Source: Pseudomonadota bacterium
Lineage (GTDB): Bacteria; Pseudomonadota; Gammaproteobacteria; Burkholderiales; Burkholderiaceae_C
Direction of reading: 5' to 3'
NCBI GenBank assembly: GCA_040384825.1
Contig: JAZKIO010000060.1
Location: 3,559 to 67,558 of the forward strand
DNA length: 64,000 nt
Shown: positions 20,762-30,200 of the stretch, one piece after another
How the letters are laid out: the number at the start of each line of letters is the position of its first letter
Numbering within the stretch: the first letter of the stretch is position 1
Translations under genes and position numbers: made by a program
Notes under the pieces: generated by a model
What the model saw: only the letters and a program-made list of their open reading frames with translations
The model's database searches: none
Told to the model about the DNA's origin: nothing

Positions 20762-21187
20762 TCAGGGCAGGCACATCACCGAGGCGGTGGCCACCAGCTC
20801 GTTGAACAGCGCCATCGAGACCTTGCCCGAGACCGCGTACGGGTCGAGCACGGCGGCCTCGGAGTACTTCAACAGCAGCGCCGGGTTGAGCCGGCTCATG
20901 TTGACCTGGCCCATCGCCCAGCCGGCGAAGCTGCGCTCGTCGATCTCGTCGTAGCTGAGCAGCACCACGTCCTGGTGGCGCGGGTCCTGCGCGATGCGGT
21001 TGTAGAGCCGGCTCACCTGCGTGCGCCCGCCTTCGAGCACCTGCAGGAAGATGTCGCCGGAGAAGCACAGCACGCCGGTCACCCCGACCGCCGGGTTGTT
21101 GTGCGTGGACTTCTTCAGGATCGCGTTCAGCATTTCCGGGCGCACCGTTTCGGTGGCGCGGCTCGCATACATCAGACGGACCAGCAT
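20762..21187 (-). CDS. Stand-alone BLUF blue-light sensor
   Basis: LMYAS (Tyr), HNN...TGVL, FLQVLEG (Gln), DPRH, RSFAGWAM. Confidence 0.92.
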   Translation of the reverse strand: MLVRLMYASRATETVRPEMLNAILKKSTHNNPAVGVTGVLCFSGDIFLQVLEGGRTQVSRLYNRIAQDPRHQDVVLLSYDEIDERSFAGWAMGQVNMSRLNPALLLKYSEAAVLDPYAVSGKVSMALFNELVATASVMCLP

Positions 21188-21196
21188 GGCGTACTC

Positions 21197-21925
21197 CTAG
21201 ACCTTCTTGCTCAGCAGGGAGAGAAACTCGCGCCGCAGGTTGGCGTCCTTCAGGAAGGCGCCGCGCATCACGCTGTTGGTCATCATCGACTCGTCGTCCT
21301 TGACGCCGCGCCAGTGCATGCAGAAGTGATCGGCTTCCATCACGATCGCCAGCCCGTCGGGCTTGACGCGGCTCTGCAATTCGTTGGCCAGCATCGTCAC
21401 CGCCTCTTCCTGGATCTGCGGGCGGCTCATGATCCACTCGCAGATGCGCGCGTATTTGCTCAGGCCGATCAGGTTCGAGTGCTCGTTGGGCAGGATGCCG
21501 ATCCACACCTTGCCCATGATCGGGCACAGGTGGTGCGAGCAGGCGCTGCGCACCTTGATCGGGCCGACGATCATCAGCTCGTTCAGGCGCTCGGCGTTCG
21601 GGAACTCGGTGACCGCGGGCATCGGCACGTAGCGGCCGCGGAACACTTCGGTGAGGAACATCTTCGCGACGCGTTTGGCGGTCTCGTTGGTGTTGTGGTC
21701 GCTCTCGGTGTCGATCACCAGCGCGCGCAGCACCTCCTGCATCTTGGCCTCGACTTCGGTGCGCAGCTCGTCGATCTCGCCTTCCTGGATGTAGGCGGAG
21801 ATGTTGTCGTTGGCGTGGAAACGGCAGTCGGCGCCGACCAGCCGGTACCGGATGCGCTCGGACGCCGCGAGCCGCGCCAGGTCTTCCTCGGTTCTGAAAA
21901 TCGGTGTCGCTTGCTCGCCGCGCAT
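21197..21925 (-). CDS. folE: GTP cyclohydrolase I
   Basis: TAKRVAKM, RSACSHHLCP, GLSKYAR, RPQIQE, HFCMHWRGV. Confidence 0.92.
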   Translation of the reverse strand: MRGEQATPIFRTEEDLARLAASERIRYRLVGADCRFHANDNISAYIQEGEIDELRTEVEAKMQEVLRALVIDTESDHNTNETAKRVAKMFLTEVFRGRYVPMPAVTEFPNAERLNELMIVGPIKVRSACSHHLCPIMGKVWIGILPNEHSNLIGLSKYARICEWIMSRPQIQEEAVTMLANELQSRVKPDGLAIVMEADHFCMHWRGVKDDESMMTNSVMRGAFLKDANLRREFLSLLSKKV

Positions 21926-22016
21926 GAGAGGTGCCTTTTGTCTTGACGTGCGCCGAGCGTACCGCAGAGCGGGTTTCGGGCGGGCCCGCGGCGAGGCTGC
22001 CCGTAGACTGCGCGCG

Positions 22017-23357
22017 GTGAACGCCTCCGCCTCGCCACCCGCTCCGCACACCTCGCTGCCGCTCGCGCAGCTGCTCAACCACACGGCCGACGCGGTCCAG
22101 GCGGTGCGCGCCGGTGCGTCGCTGAACACGGCGCTCGCGGCCACGCCCGGCGCCGCGCGGCCGGGCACGCAGGCGCTGAGCTTCCACGCCCTGCGCTGGC
22201 TCGGCGCGGCCCAGGCGCTGCGCACGCAGCTCGCGCCGAAGACGCCGCCGCCCAAGGTCGACGCGTTGCTGCTGACCGCGCTCGCGCTGCTCTGGCCGGC
22301 GGCCGAGGCGCCGTACGCCGAGCACACGCTGGTCGACCAGGCGGTGGACGCGGCGCGGCAGCGCGCCAAGCCGAGCGCGTCGTTCGTCAACGCGGTGCTG
22401 CGCCGCTTTCTGCGCGAGCGGGAGGCGCTGGTCGCCGCCGCGCTGCGCGACCCGCTGGCGCGCTACAACCACCCGGGCTGGTGGATCGACCGGCTGAAGG
22501 CCGACTGGCCGCAGCAGTGGCAGGCCATCCTCGACGCCGACAACCAGCGCCCGCCGATGACGCTGCGCGTCAACGCGCGCCACGGCAGCGTGATCGACTA
22601 CGTCGCCCGGCTCGCCGCGCAGGGCCTCGATGCCGAGATGCTCGGCGGGCAGGCGGTGCGGCTGGCCCGGCCTTGCGCCGTGACGCAGCTTCCCGGCTTC
22701 GCACAGGGCGACGTCTCGGTGCAGGACGAAGCAGCACAGCGCGCCGCGCCCTTGCTGATCGGGCCTGGTCTGCCGGCGGGCGCCCGCGTGCTCGACGCAT
22801 GCGCGGCGCCCGGCGGCAAGACCGCCCACCTCCTCGAGCTGGCCGATCTCGACGTGCTTGCGCTCGACAGCGACCCCGCGCGCCTGACCCGCGTGCACGA
22901 CACGCTCGCGCGCCTGGGCCTGACGGCGAAGACGGTCGCCGCCGACGCCGGCGCGCCCGCCACCTGGTGGGACGGGCGCCCGTTCGACGCGATCCTGCTC
23001 GACGCGCCCTGCAGCGCCGCCGGCATCGTGCGCCGCCATCCGGACGTGCGCTGGCTGCGCCGCAGCACCGACATCCCGGCGCTGGCCGCCGTGCAGGCGC
23101 GCCTGCTGGACGCGCTGTGGCCGCTGCTGGCGCCGGGCGGCCGGCTGCTGTACTGCACCTGCTCGGTCTTCCAGGCCGAGGGGCAGCACCAGATCGACGC
23201 TTTTTTGCAACGGCAGCCCGGTGCAGCCCTGGCGGCCGACCCGGCATCGCCCGGTCACCTGCTGCCGCTGCCCGACAATCGGGACGAGCGCTCCGTGCAC
23301 GACATCAGTGCGGCCGCGGACGGTTTTTTCTACGCCTTGATCGAGAAGAGCACCTGA
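22017..23357 (+). CDS. rsmB: 16S rRNA m5C967 methyltransferase (start approximate)
   Basis: NusB-like N-terminus FVNAVLRRF, PMTLRVN, VQDEAAQ, DACAAPGGKT, DAPCS, LYCTCS. Confidence 0.92.
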   Translation: MNASASPPAPHTSLPLAQLLNHTADAVQAVRAGASLNTALAATPGAARPGTQALSFHALRWLGAAQALRTQLAPKTPPPKVDALLLTALALLWPAAEAPYAEHTLVDQAVDAARQRAKPSASFVNAVLRRFLREREALVAAALRDPLARYNHPGWWIDRLKADWPQQWQAILDADNQRPPMTLRVNARHGSVIDYVARLAAQGLDAEMLGGQAVRLARPCAVTQLPGFAQGDVSVQDEAAQRAAPLLIGPGLPAGARVLDACAAPGGKTAHLLELADLDVLALDSDPARLTRVHDTLARLGLTAKTVAADAGAPATWWDGRPFDAILLDAPCSAAGIVRRHPDVRWLRRSTDIPALAAVQARLLDALWPLLAPGGRLLYCTCSVFQAEGQHQIDAFLQRQPGAALAADPASPGHLLPLPDNRDERSVHDISAAADGFFYALIEKST

Positions 23358-23373
23358 GGTTCACGACGGCCCC

Positions 23374-23997
23374 ATGCACAGCGCGGCAATCCCCCACGGC
23401 GATCCACAGTCCGGCGCCCCGCGGCGTGCGGGCCGGCCTGCCGTGAGGCGGCTGGCGCTGATGCTGCTGCTGGCGATCGGCATCGTGCTGGCGTTTGGCT
23501 GGCCGGCGGCCCGGGCTGCCGAGCCGGAGCTGACCAATTTCGACCTCGTCCACAACGAGGAGGGACTGTTCCTCAACTACGGCGTCAACCTCGAGCTCTC
23601 GCGCAGCGTGGACGATGCGCTGACCAAGGCGGTGCCGCTGTTCTTCGTCGCCGAGGCCGAGGTCTTCCGCAACCGCTTCTACTGGCGCGACCAGCGCGTC
23701 GGCTACGCGGTGCGGCGCTGGCGCATCGTGTTCCAGCCGCTGACCTCCACCTACCGCGTCACCTTCGACGGCGGCCTGAGCCAGAACTACACCACCCGCG
23801 CCGAGGCCTTCACGGCGATCAGCCGCAGCGTGCGCTGGAAGATCGCCGAGGCCGCGCAGATCGAGGAGGGCAGCCGCCATTACGTCGAGTTCAGCTTCCG
23901 GCTCGACACCTCGCAGCTGCCGCGCCCGATGCAGATCGGCATCGGCGGCCAGGCCGACTGGGCGATGTCCGTGCAGCGCACGCAAAAGATCAACTGA
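23374..23997 (+). CDS. DUF4390 family exported protein
   Basis: Signal peptide, VPLFFV, YWRD, FQPLTSTYRV, LPRPMQI; conserved position between rsmB and the kinase. Confidence 0.85.
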   Translation: MHSAAIPHGDPQSGAPRRAGRPAVRRLALMLLLAIGIVLAFGWPAARAAEPELTNFDLVHNEEGLFLNYGVNLELSRSVDDALTKAVPLFFVAEAEVFRNRFYWRDQRVGYAVRRWRIVFQPLTSTYRVTFDGGLSQNYTTRAEAFTAISRSVRWKIAEAAQIEEGSRHYVEFSFRLDTSQLPRPMQIGIGGQADWAMSVQRTQKIN

Positions 23998-24008
23998 TCT
24001 CTATTGCG

Positions 24009-26333
24009 ATGACCAAAGCACAGCGCTGGGCATGGCTGATCTCCACGGTGGCGGCCACCGGCGCCGGCCTGGTGCTCGCGTTCCTGCTGTCGATCGCGAC
24101 CAACAACCCGGCGCTGTACGAGCGCCACTACGTCTGGCTGCTGTGGGTCAACATCGTCGTCGCCGCCTTGCTGGTGCTGGTGATCGTGATCGCCGGCGTG
24201 CGCCTGCTGCTGCGCGTCAAGCGCGGCAAGTTCGGCAGCCGGCTGCTGCTCAAGCTGGCGGCGATCTTCGCGCTGGTCGGCGTGGTGCCGGGGGTGCTGA
24301 TCTACACGGTGAGCTACCAGTTCGTCTCGCGCAGCATCGAGAGCTGGTTCGACGTCAAGGTCGAGACCGCGCTCGATGCCGGGCTCAAGCTCGGCAAGGG
24401 CACGCTCGACGCGCTCGTCGCCGACGTGGCGGTCAAGACCCGGCTGGCCGCCGAGCGGCTCGGCGAGACGCCCGGCTCGGCGCAGTCCCTGGCACTGGAG
24501 CGGGTGCGCGAGCAGCTCTCGGCGCAGGACATCGCGATCGTGGGCGCGGCCGGCCAGACGGTGCTCAGCACCGGCGGCAGCTCCGCCAACCTGATGCCGG
24601 AGCGCCCGTCGCTCGCGGTGCTGCGCCAGGCGCGCAACCAGCGCGTCGTCAGCGAACTGATCGGCCTGGACGAGGAGCCGACCGCCGGCGTCTCCAGCGC
24701 GGGCAACGCGCGCGTGCGGGCGATCGCGTTCATCCCGTCCACCACCTTCGCGCTCGGCACCGAGGACCGCTTCCTGCTCGTCAACCAGCCTTTGCCGCGC
24801 GCGCTCGCGACCAACGCGCTCGCGGTGCAGGCCGCGTACCGCGAGTACCAGCAGCGCGCGCTGGCGCGCGGCGGGCTGCGCAAGATGTACATCGGCACGC
24901 TGACGCTGGCGCTGGTGCTCGCGGTGTTCGGCGCGCTGCTGCTGGCCGTCACGCTGAGCAACCAGCTGGCCCGGCCGCTGCTGCTGCTGGCCGAAGGCAT
25001 GCGCCAGGTGGCCGGCGGCGACCTGAGCAGCAAGCCGGTGTTCGCCTCGCGCGACGAGCTCGGCGGGCTGACCCGCTCGTTCGCCGACATGACCAGCCAG
25101 CTCGCCGAGGCGCGCGAGCTCGTGCAGCGCAGCGTCGTGCAGGTGGAAGGCGCGCGCGCCAACCTGCAGACCATCCTCGACAACCTGACCGCCGGCGTGA
25201 TCGTGTTCGACCGCCAGGGCAACATCGACACCGTCAACCCCGGCGCGACGCGGATCATGCGGCTGCCGCTGTCGGCCTACCGCGGCCAGCCGCTCGCCAA
25301 CGTGCCGGGCCTCGAGACCTTCGCGCAGGCGGTGGGCAACCGCTTTGAGCTGCACAGCACCAGCCCGGAGGCCGGCGAGCGCGACCACTGGCAGGACTCG
25401 TTCGAGCTGCAGACGCCGGCCCAGCCCGGCCGCGACAAGGACTCGATCACGCTGCTGGTGCGCGGCGCCTCCATGCCGCAGGGCGCCACGCTGATGGTGT
25501 TCGACGACATCACCGAGCTGGTCTCGGCCCAGCGCAGCGAGGCCTGGAGCGAGGTGGCGCGCCGGCTCGCGCACGAGATCAAGAACCCGCTGACGCCGAT
25601 CCAGCTCTCCGCCGAGCGGCTGCAGCACAAGCTCGGCCCCAAGCTGGAAGGCGCCGACCAGGCGATGCTCGGCCGCTCCGTCGACACCATCGTCAACCAG
25701 GTCCAGGCGATGAAGACGCTGGTCAACGAGTTCCGCGACTACGCGCGGCTGCCGGCCGCGCACCTGATCCCGATCGACCTGAACGCGCTGGTGGCCGAGG
25801 TGCTCGGGCTGTACGGCGCGGCGCAGGAGTCGGGCCGGCTGCATGCCGACCTGGCGCCGGCGCTGCCGGCGATCGTGGGCGACAGCACCCAGCTGCGCCA
25901 GGTGATCCACAACCTCGTGCAGAACGCGCTCGACGCCGTCGCCGAGCAGCCCGACGGCCGGGTCCGCATCTGCACCGAGATCGCCCGCACCGAGCAGGGC
26001 GAGCTGCGGGCCGTGCGGCTGCAGGTGATCGACAACGGGCCCGGCTTCTCCGACAAGGTGCTCAAGCGCGCTTTCGAGCCCTACGTGACGACCAAGTCCA
26101 AGGGGACCGGCCTGGGCCTGGCCGTCGTCAAGAAGATTGCCGACGAGCACGGCGCGCGCGTGCGGATCGCCAACCTCGGCACGGGGGTGGAGGGCGATGC
26201 GGCCGGCGGGATACCGCGCGGGGCACAAGTCTCGCTATCATTCGCGAAATTCGCGCCCGGAGCCGGCGCTCCCCCCTTTTCTGCAGCATCTCTCTCTTCT
26301 CCCGGCACCCCAGCCGCTTCCGGCGCGCACTGA
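24009..26333 (+). CDS. ntrY: NtrY-like membrane sensor histidine kinase (HAMP-PAS-HisKA-HATPase)
   Basis: AWSEVARRLAHEIKNPLTPIQL, NLVQNA, DNGPG, EPYVTTKSKGTGLGL. Confidence 0.9.
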   Translation: MTKAQRWAWLISTVAATGAGLVLAFLLSIATNNPALYERHYVWLLWVNIVVAALLVLVIVIAGVRLLLRVKRGKFGSRLLLKLAAIFALVGVVPGVLIYTVSYQFVSRSIESWFDVKVETALDAGLKLGKGTLDALVADVAVKTRLAAERLGETPGSAQSLALERVREQLSAQDIAIVGAAGQTVLSTGGSSANLMPERPSLAVLRQARNQRVVSELIGLDEEPTAGVSSAGNARVRAIAFIPSTTFALGTEDRFLLVNQPLPRALATNALAVQAAYREYQQRALARGGLRKMYIGTLTLALVLAVFGALLLAVTLSNQLARPLLLLAEGMRQVAGGDLSSKPVFASRDELGGLTRSFADMTSQLAEARELVQRSVVQVEGARANLQTILDNLTAGVIVFDRQGNIDTVNPGATRIMRLPLSAYRGQPLANVPGLETFAQAVGNRFELHSTSPEAGERDHWQDSFELQTPAQPGRDKDSITLLVRGASMPQGATLMVFDDITELVSAQRSEAWSEVARRLAHEIKNPLTPIQLSAERLQHKLGPKLEGADQAMLGRSVDTIVNQVQAMKTLVNEFRDYARLPAAHLIPIDLNALVAEVLGLYGAAQESGRLHADLAPALPAIVGDSTQLRQVIHNLVQNALDAVAEQPDGRVRICTEIARTEQGELRAVRLQVIDNGPGFSDKVLKRAFEPYVTTKSKGTGLGLAVVKKIADEHGARVRIANLGTGVEGDAAGGIPRGAQVSLSFAKFAPGAGAPPFSAASLSSPGTPAASGAH

Positions 26334-26339
26334 TCACCC

Positions 26340-27035
26340 ATGGCCACGATTCTTGTTGTTGACGACGAACTGGGCATCCGCGCCCTGCTTTCCGAGATCC
26401 TTGCCGACGAAGGCCACACGATCGAACTGGCCGAGAACGCTGCGCAGGCGCGCGCCTGCCGTGATCGCCTGCGGCCCGATCTGGTGCTGCTGGACATCTG
26501 GATGCCCGACGTCGACGGCATCACGCTGCTGAAGGAGTGGGGCGCCACCTCCATGCTCACGATGCCGGTCATCATGATGAGCGGCCACGGCACGATCGAC
26601 ACCGCCGTCGAGGCCACCAAGTTCGGTGCCATGGCCTTTCTGGAAAAGCCGATCACGCTGCAGAAGCTGCTCCGCGCCGTCGAACAGGGCCTGGCCAAGC
26701 CCGCCTCGCGCGCCGCCACGCAGCCCAATTCGCCACTGCATACGTCCGCCGAGAACGGCCTGACCGTCGAGGCCGCGATGACCGGCGGCGTGATGCTGCC
26801 CACTACCCCGCTGATGCTCGGCCCGCAGGCCGAGCAGAGCTTCGACCTCGACCGCCCGCTGCGCGAGGCGCGTGACGCGTTCGAGAAGAGCTACTTCGAG
26901 TTCCACCTCGCGCAGGAGAACGGCAGCATGACCCGCGTCGCCGAGAAGACTGGCCTGGAGCGCACCCACCTGTACCGCAAGCTCAAGCAGCTCGGCGTCG
27001 ACCTGTCGCGCAACAAGCGCGGCGGGGGGATGTGA
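26340..27035 (+). CDS. ntrX: NtrX-like response regulator (REC plus Fis-type HTH, no AAA+ domain)
   Basis: ILVVDDE, LLDIWMPD, MMSGHG, FLEKP; C-terminal AEKTGLERTHLYRKLKQLG. Confidence 0.9.
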   Translation: MATILVVDDELGIRALLSEILADEGHTIELAENAAQARACRDRLRPDLVLLDIWMPDVDGITLLKEWGATSMLTMPVIMMSGHGTIDTAVEATKFGAMAFLEKPITLQKLLRAVEQGLAKPASRAATQPNSPLHTSAENGLTVEAAMTGGVMLPTTPLMLGPQAEQSFDLDRPLREARDAFEKSYFEFHLAQENGSMTRVAEKTGLERTHLYRKLKQLGVDLSRNKRGGGM

Positions 27036-27059
27036 AGCGGCGGGGCGCGAAGCCTCGGC

Positions 27060-27065
27060 TATAAT
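27060..27065 (+). promoter_or_regulatory. Sigma70 -10 box for tRNA-Phe
   Basis: Consensus TATAAT ending 11 nt upstream of the tRNA. Confidence 0.6.
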
Positions 27066-27076
27066 CGTCGGCTCAC

Positions 27077-27152
27077 GGCCTGGTAGCTCAGTTGGTAGAG
27101 CAGCGGATTGAAAATCCGCGTGTCGGTGGTTCGATTCCGCCCCAGGCCACCA
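27077..27152 (+). tRNA. tRNA-Phe(GAA)
   Basis: 76-nt cloverleaf GGCCTGGTAGCTCAGTTGGTAGAGCAGCGGATTGAAAATCCGCGTGTCGGTGGTTCGATTCCGCCCCAGGCCACCA; anticodon GAA, encoded CCA. Confidence 0.98.
27108..27152 (+). repeat. attL core (45 bp, tRNA 3' half)
   Basis: TTGAAAATCCGCGTGTCGGTGGTTCGATTCCGCCCCAGGCCACCA, identical to 63066-63110. Confidence 0.95.
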
Positions 27153-27198
27153 GACAAAGTTCAACGCTATCAAGTACTTAGCGATGGACTGAAGAAGG

Positions 27199-27224
27199 AA
27201 GGCCGCTACAAGCGGTCTTTTTTT
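27199..27224 (+). terminator. Intrinsic terminator after tRNA-Phe
   Basis: AAGGCCGCT-ACA-AGCGGTCTT hairpin followed by a T run. Confidence 0.8.
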
Positions 27225-27433
27225 ATGGGTTTCTGACAGTTGCTCTGACACTTGAGTGGCAGAACAACTGTGTAGGAACTGCGCATCATGACGCTTCACT
27301 GCGTTCAACTGCGCAGCTGACCCACTGGCAGCCGAGGACGGACTCGCGCCTTCCGGGCCCTCGCGGCCGCGGCTGTTACACGGATTTAAAGTCCGATTCA
27401 TTTACGCAACTCCACCAACCAGGAGTTGTTCCA

Positions 27434-27571
27434 GTGATTCAGTACTACCCCCAAGCCACCGTCATCCCGACGGTTTTCTTCGCGGCCCATCCGCGGATTG
27501 CAGCCCGCTTTGCGCATCCGGCGACTGGCCGTTTCACCTTCACCGTCGGTGCGGAGGTGAACCATGGCTAA
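27434..27571 (+). CDS. Putative 45-aa leader ORF overlapping the integrase start
   Basis: AGGAG 8 nt before GTG 27434. Reads MIQYYPQATVIPTVFFAAHPRIAARFAHPATGRFTFTVGAEVNHG*; TAA overlaps the integrase ATG region by 8 nt. Confidence 0.5.
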   Translation: MIQYYPQATVIPTVFFAAHPRIAARFAHPATGRFTFTVGAEVNHG

Positions 27572-28931
27572 GGCCTACCAAGAGGGCAGCAACGGCTGGT
27601 CCGTGCGTCCACAAATTGGCGGCGAACGCCTCTATCTCAGTGGCTTCGCGACCAAGACAGAAGCTCAAGAGGAGGCCAAGCGCCTCGCGAACGAGGCCGC
27701 TAAGGCAGGCAGCCCGAAGCACCAGGGCCCGCACCGGACGTCGGTGGCGAAGGCCCTTCTGCAGTGCGCGCTCGAACGTCTGCCTTACCTTAAGAGCGCG
27801 CCGCAGGAGGCACGACGCATCAACCGCTTCCTGCGGGCCGGCGGCTTGCCAGAACTGCAACTGACGCCCCTGACGAAGGCAGACACCCCGGCTGTGCGCA
27901 CGGGACAGCTCTTCGACGTGAAGGTCGACCGCGCAGCCGCCCCAGGGGTCATCCCGAAAGGCCTACACGAACACCGAGCGCGCGTCGCGTCCAAGACGGC
28001 TGACAGCGACATGCGACGAGCCCGGCTCGCTCACCGCAAAGTTGCCTATGTGACGCGCCACGAGATGCAGGAATTCATCAACGCGTTGCGCTCCGACGGG
28101 CTGTCGGCCTCCACCATCGCGCTCGAACAGGCGGTGCTGCGGTCCTTGTTCAATTACACGCACAACTGCTGGCACTGGACGTCTCCGCCCGAGAACCCGG
28201 CGACGGGCCTGAAAATGCCCCAAATCGACAACGGGCGCGACCGCGTCATGTCCGAGGAGGAACAAGCGCGGCTTGACGCGGCGTTGGCCGAATGCAGGAA
28301 CGGAATGGTCGCGCCGATGTTGACGCTCCTGCGCGAGACCGCCATGCGGTCGTCCGAACCCCTCGAGCGCGCCTGCTGGAGCGACGTGGATTGGGCGCGC
28401 AATGTGCTGTCGTTGCGTGACGCCAAGGGCGGCAAGCGCGACGTTCCGCTGTCGCCGGACGCTATCGCTGCGTTGCAGTCCTTGCTCGACCACCAGGCAA
28501 CCTCCTTGCCGAAAGTGTCCGAAGCGATGCGTCGAGCGGCGGTCGCGCCCAATGCGCCCATCGTGCAGATGACTTACGAGGCGCTCAAAGCCGCTTGGAA
28601 GCGTGCGTGCGAGCGGGCCGGCGTGGAGGACCTCCGTCTGCACGACCTGCGGCACACCAGCGCGACCCGAATGGCGTTGAAGACGGGCAACGTGTTCCTC
28701 GTGAAAGCGCTCACCGGTCACAAGACCATGTCGCAGGTGCAGCGCTACGTGAACGTGAAGGCCGATGACGTCGTGAAGGTGATGCACGCGGGACAGGACC
28801 GGGTGAAGCCCGAAATCAATGACGTGGTGGACGACGAGCCGAGTCCGTCGTGCATCGAGTTGGCGTTGACCCCATCGCCCCATAGCAACGTCGTGCATGT
28901 GCGCTTCGGTGGCGCGGGGAGAGCCGCATGA
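27564..28931 (+). CDS. Tyrosine recombinase / island integrase
   Basis: Catalytic set ETAMRSSE (R), DAKGG (K), LHDLRH (HxxR), GHKTMSQVQRY (H,Y); adjacent to attL. Confidence 0.95.
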   Translation: MAKAYQEGSNGWSVRPQIGGERLYLSGFATKTEAQEEAKRLANEAAKAGSPKHQGPHRTSVAKALLQCALERLPYLKSAPQEARRINRFLRAGGLPELQLTPLTKADTPAVRTGQLFDVKVDRAAAPGVIPKGLHEHRARVASKTADSDMRRARLAHRKVAYVTRHEMQEFINALRSDGLSASTIALEQAVLRSLFNYTHNCWHWTSPPENPATGLKMPQIDNGRDRVMSEEEQARLDAALAECRNGMVAPMLTLLRETAMRSSEPLERACWSDVDWARNVLSLRDAKGGKRDVPLSPDAIAALQSLLDHQATSLPKVSEAMRRAAVAPNAPIVQMTYEALKAAWKRACERAGVEDLRLHDLRHTSATRMALKTGNVFLVKALTGHKTMSQVQRYVNVKADDVVKVMHAGQDRVKPEINDVVDDEPSPSCIELALTPSPHSNVVHVRFGGAGRAA

Positions 28932-29383
28932 GCGCCGGCACGCCGCGGGTTCTGCAACAGCTGTTTGCGCTGATGCCGCCACTCGAGTGGGAATGGCGTC
29001 CGCTGCCGGTCGAAGACGGTCCGGCGTTTGAGTTGGTGCAGCAGGGCGGGTCGCCGACGAACGTGTTTGTCCTTGGCGCGACGCTGTCGCGGCAGGCCCG
29101 TTGGGTCGAGGCTATGAGTCCCGTCTTCCTTCTGGAAATTGCGGAAGCCTGCGAAGGTCAGCAGCAGGCCATCGAGCGGCTGCAGCAACTGTCCGAGCGG
29201 CTCACGCGACATCTGCGGCGCTGTTACCGGCTGCGGCACCAGGAGCACTACGAGGACCTGCGGCTGATGGCGCAAGACGTCCAAGCCGTCCTGCAAGACT
29301 TGGAGGCACCCGAGCGGACGGCGCAACTGTTGATGAAGGCGCTTGATGAGGTCCACGTCATCACCAAGAACCCGGAGAAGTAG
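28928..29383 (+). CDS. Hypothetical protein, weak resemblance to phage Ead/Ea22-like proteins
   Basis: ATGA overlap with the integrase. QARWVEAMSPVFLLEIAE followed by a coiled-coil resembles the Ea22-like pattern (recognised by eye only). Confidence 0.55.
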   Translation: MSAGTPRVLQQLFALMPPLEWEWRPLPVEDGPAFELVQQGGSPTNVFVLGATLSRQARWVEAMSPVFLLEIAEACEGQQQAIERLQQLSERLTRHLRRCYRLRHQEHYEDLRLMAQDVQAVLQDLEAPERTAQLLMKALDEVHVITKNPEK

Positions 29384-29405
29384 GCCTGCGTCGACCGGAC
29401 AAGAG

Positions 29406-29431
29406 AACGGGGCCCAGCGGGCCCCGTTTTT
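29406..29431 (+). terminator. Intrinsic terminator between convergent genes
   Basis: AACGGGGCCC-AGC-GGGCCCCGTT followed by TTT. Confidence 0.8.
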
Positions 29432-29490
29432 ACTTGTGTTCAACGTGGTGTGAAGGCGGTAGGCACTTCGACGCCACCTTCTTTTGCAGC

Positions 29491-29736
29491 CTAGAAGCCT
29501 CCACGCCAGGCGTCTTGTTCGCGAAACTGCTCGCGGATGAAGTTCTCCACGGACTTGCGGCTCCAATAGACGCGCTTGCCTACACGTACGGCGGGTGGGA
29601 ACTCGTTGCGGCGGACGGCCATCTCGAGAGCGCGGGGCGACATCTGCAGGAAATCGCAGACCTGCTGCTTGGTCAGGATGCTTTGCGGGTCGGCAGCGAA
29701 GGAGGTTGCGGCGACGGGGGAAGAGGAGGGGGCCAT
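29491..29736 (-). CDS. AlpA/Xis-like winged-HTH (putative excisionase)
   Basis: ILTKQQVCDFLQMSPRALEMAVRRNEFPPAVRVGKRVYWSRKSVENFI matches the AlpA/excisionase pattern. Confidence 0.85.
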   Translation of the reverse strand: MAPSSSPVAATSFAADPQSILTKQQVCDFLQMSPRALEMAVRRNEFPPAVRVGKRVYWSRKSVENFIREQFREQDAWRGGF

Positions 29737-30200
29737 GAAATGCTCGGCGTAGTGGTGGTGCCTCGTGTAGTCATGGGTTTTAGTCAGGCGGTCGACACCG
29801 ATGGGAGGCTGGGCCTCGCGAACCTGCCATAGACCGCGCGCCGCCTTGGTCGCGGCCGGCGGGGACCCCAAAACCGCGTGTTCAAGGTCCGTCCTTACGT
29901 ATGGGTGATGGCGCAGCCGGCGGACCGGGATGCGCAGTAGACGCGGAAATCGTCCGCAGTCCTTCACCAGAAAAAGACAGAGAGACCAGAGGGTCGGGTC
30001 GCGAGGGGACGCGGTACTGCAGGGAAGGGCCGTCGCTAGCCGGCGGACCGCCAAATGGCTGGATTGCCGGGTGCGCAAACGCACAGTGGTGCATACGCTC
30101 CTGGCCTACGCGACCGAGGTGCCGCCTCTCGTATAGGTCTTCGAGTCTTCGAGACAAGCTCGGCTAAACCGCTCGACTACACGTCAGGTATGGGTCGCAT

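Noticed and set aside
26340-27035. NtrX lacking its AAA+ domain as a truncation
   Set aside because: REC-HTH-only NtrX-like regulators are the normal form in betaproteobacterial rsmB-DUF4390-ntrYX loci.
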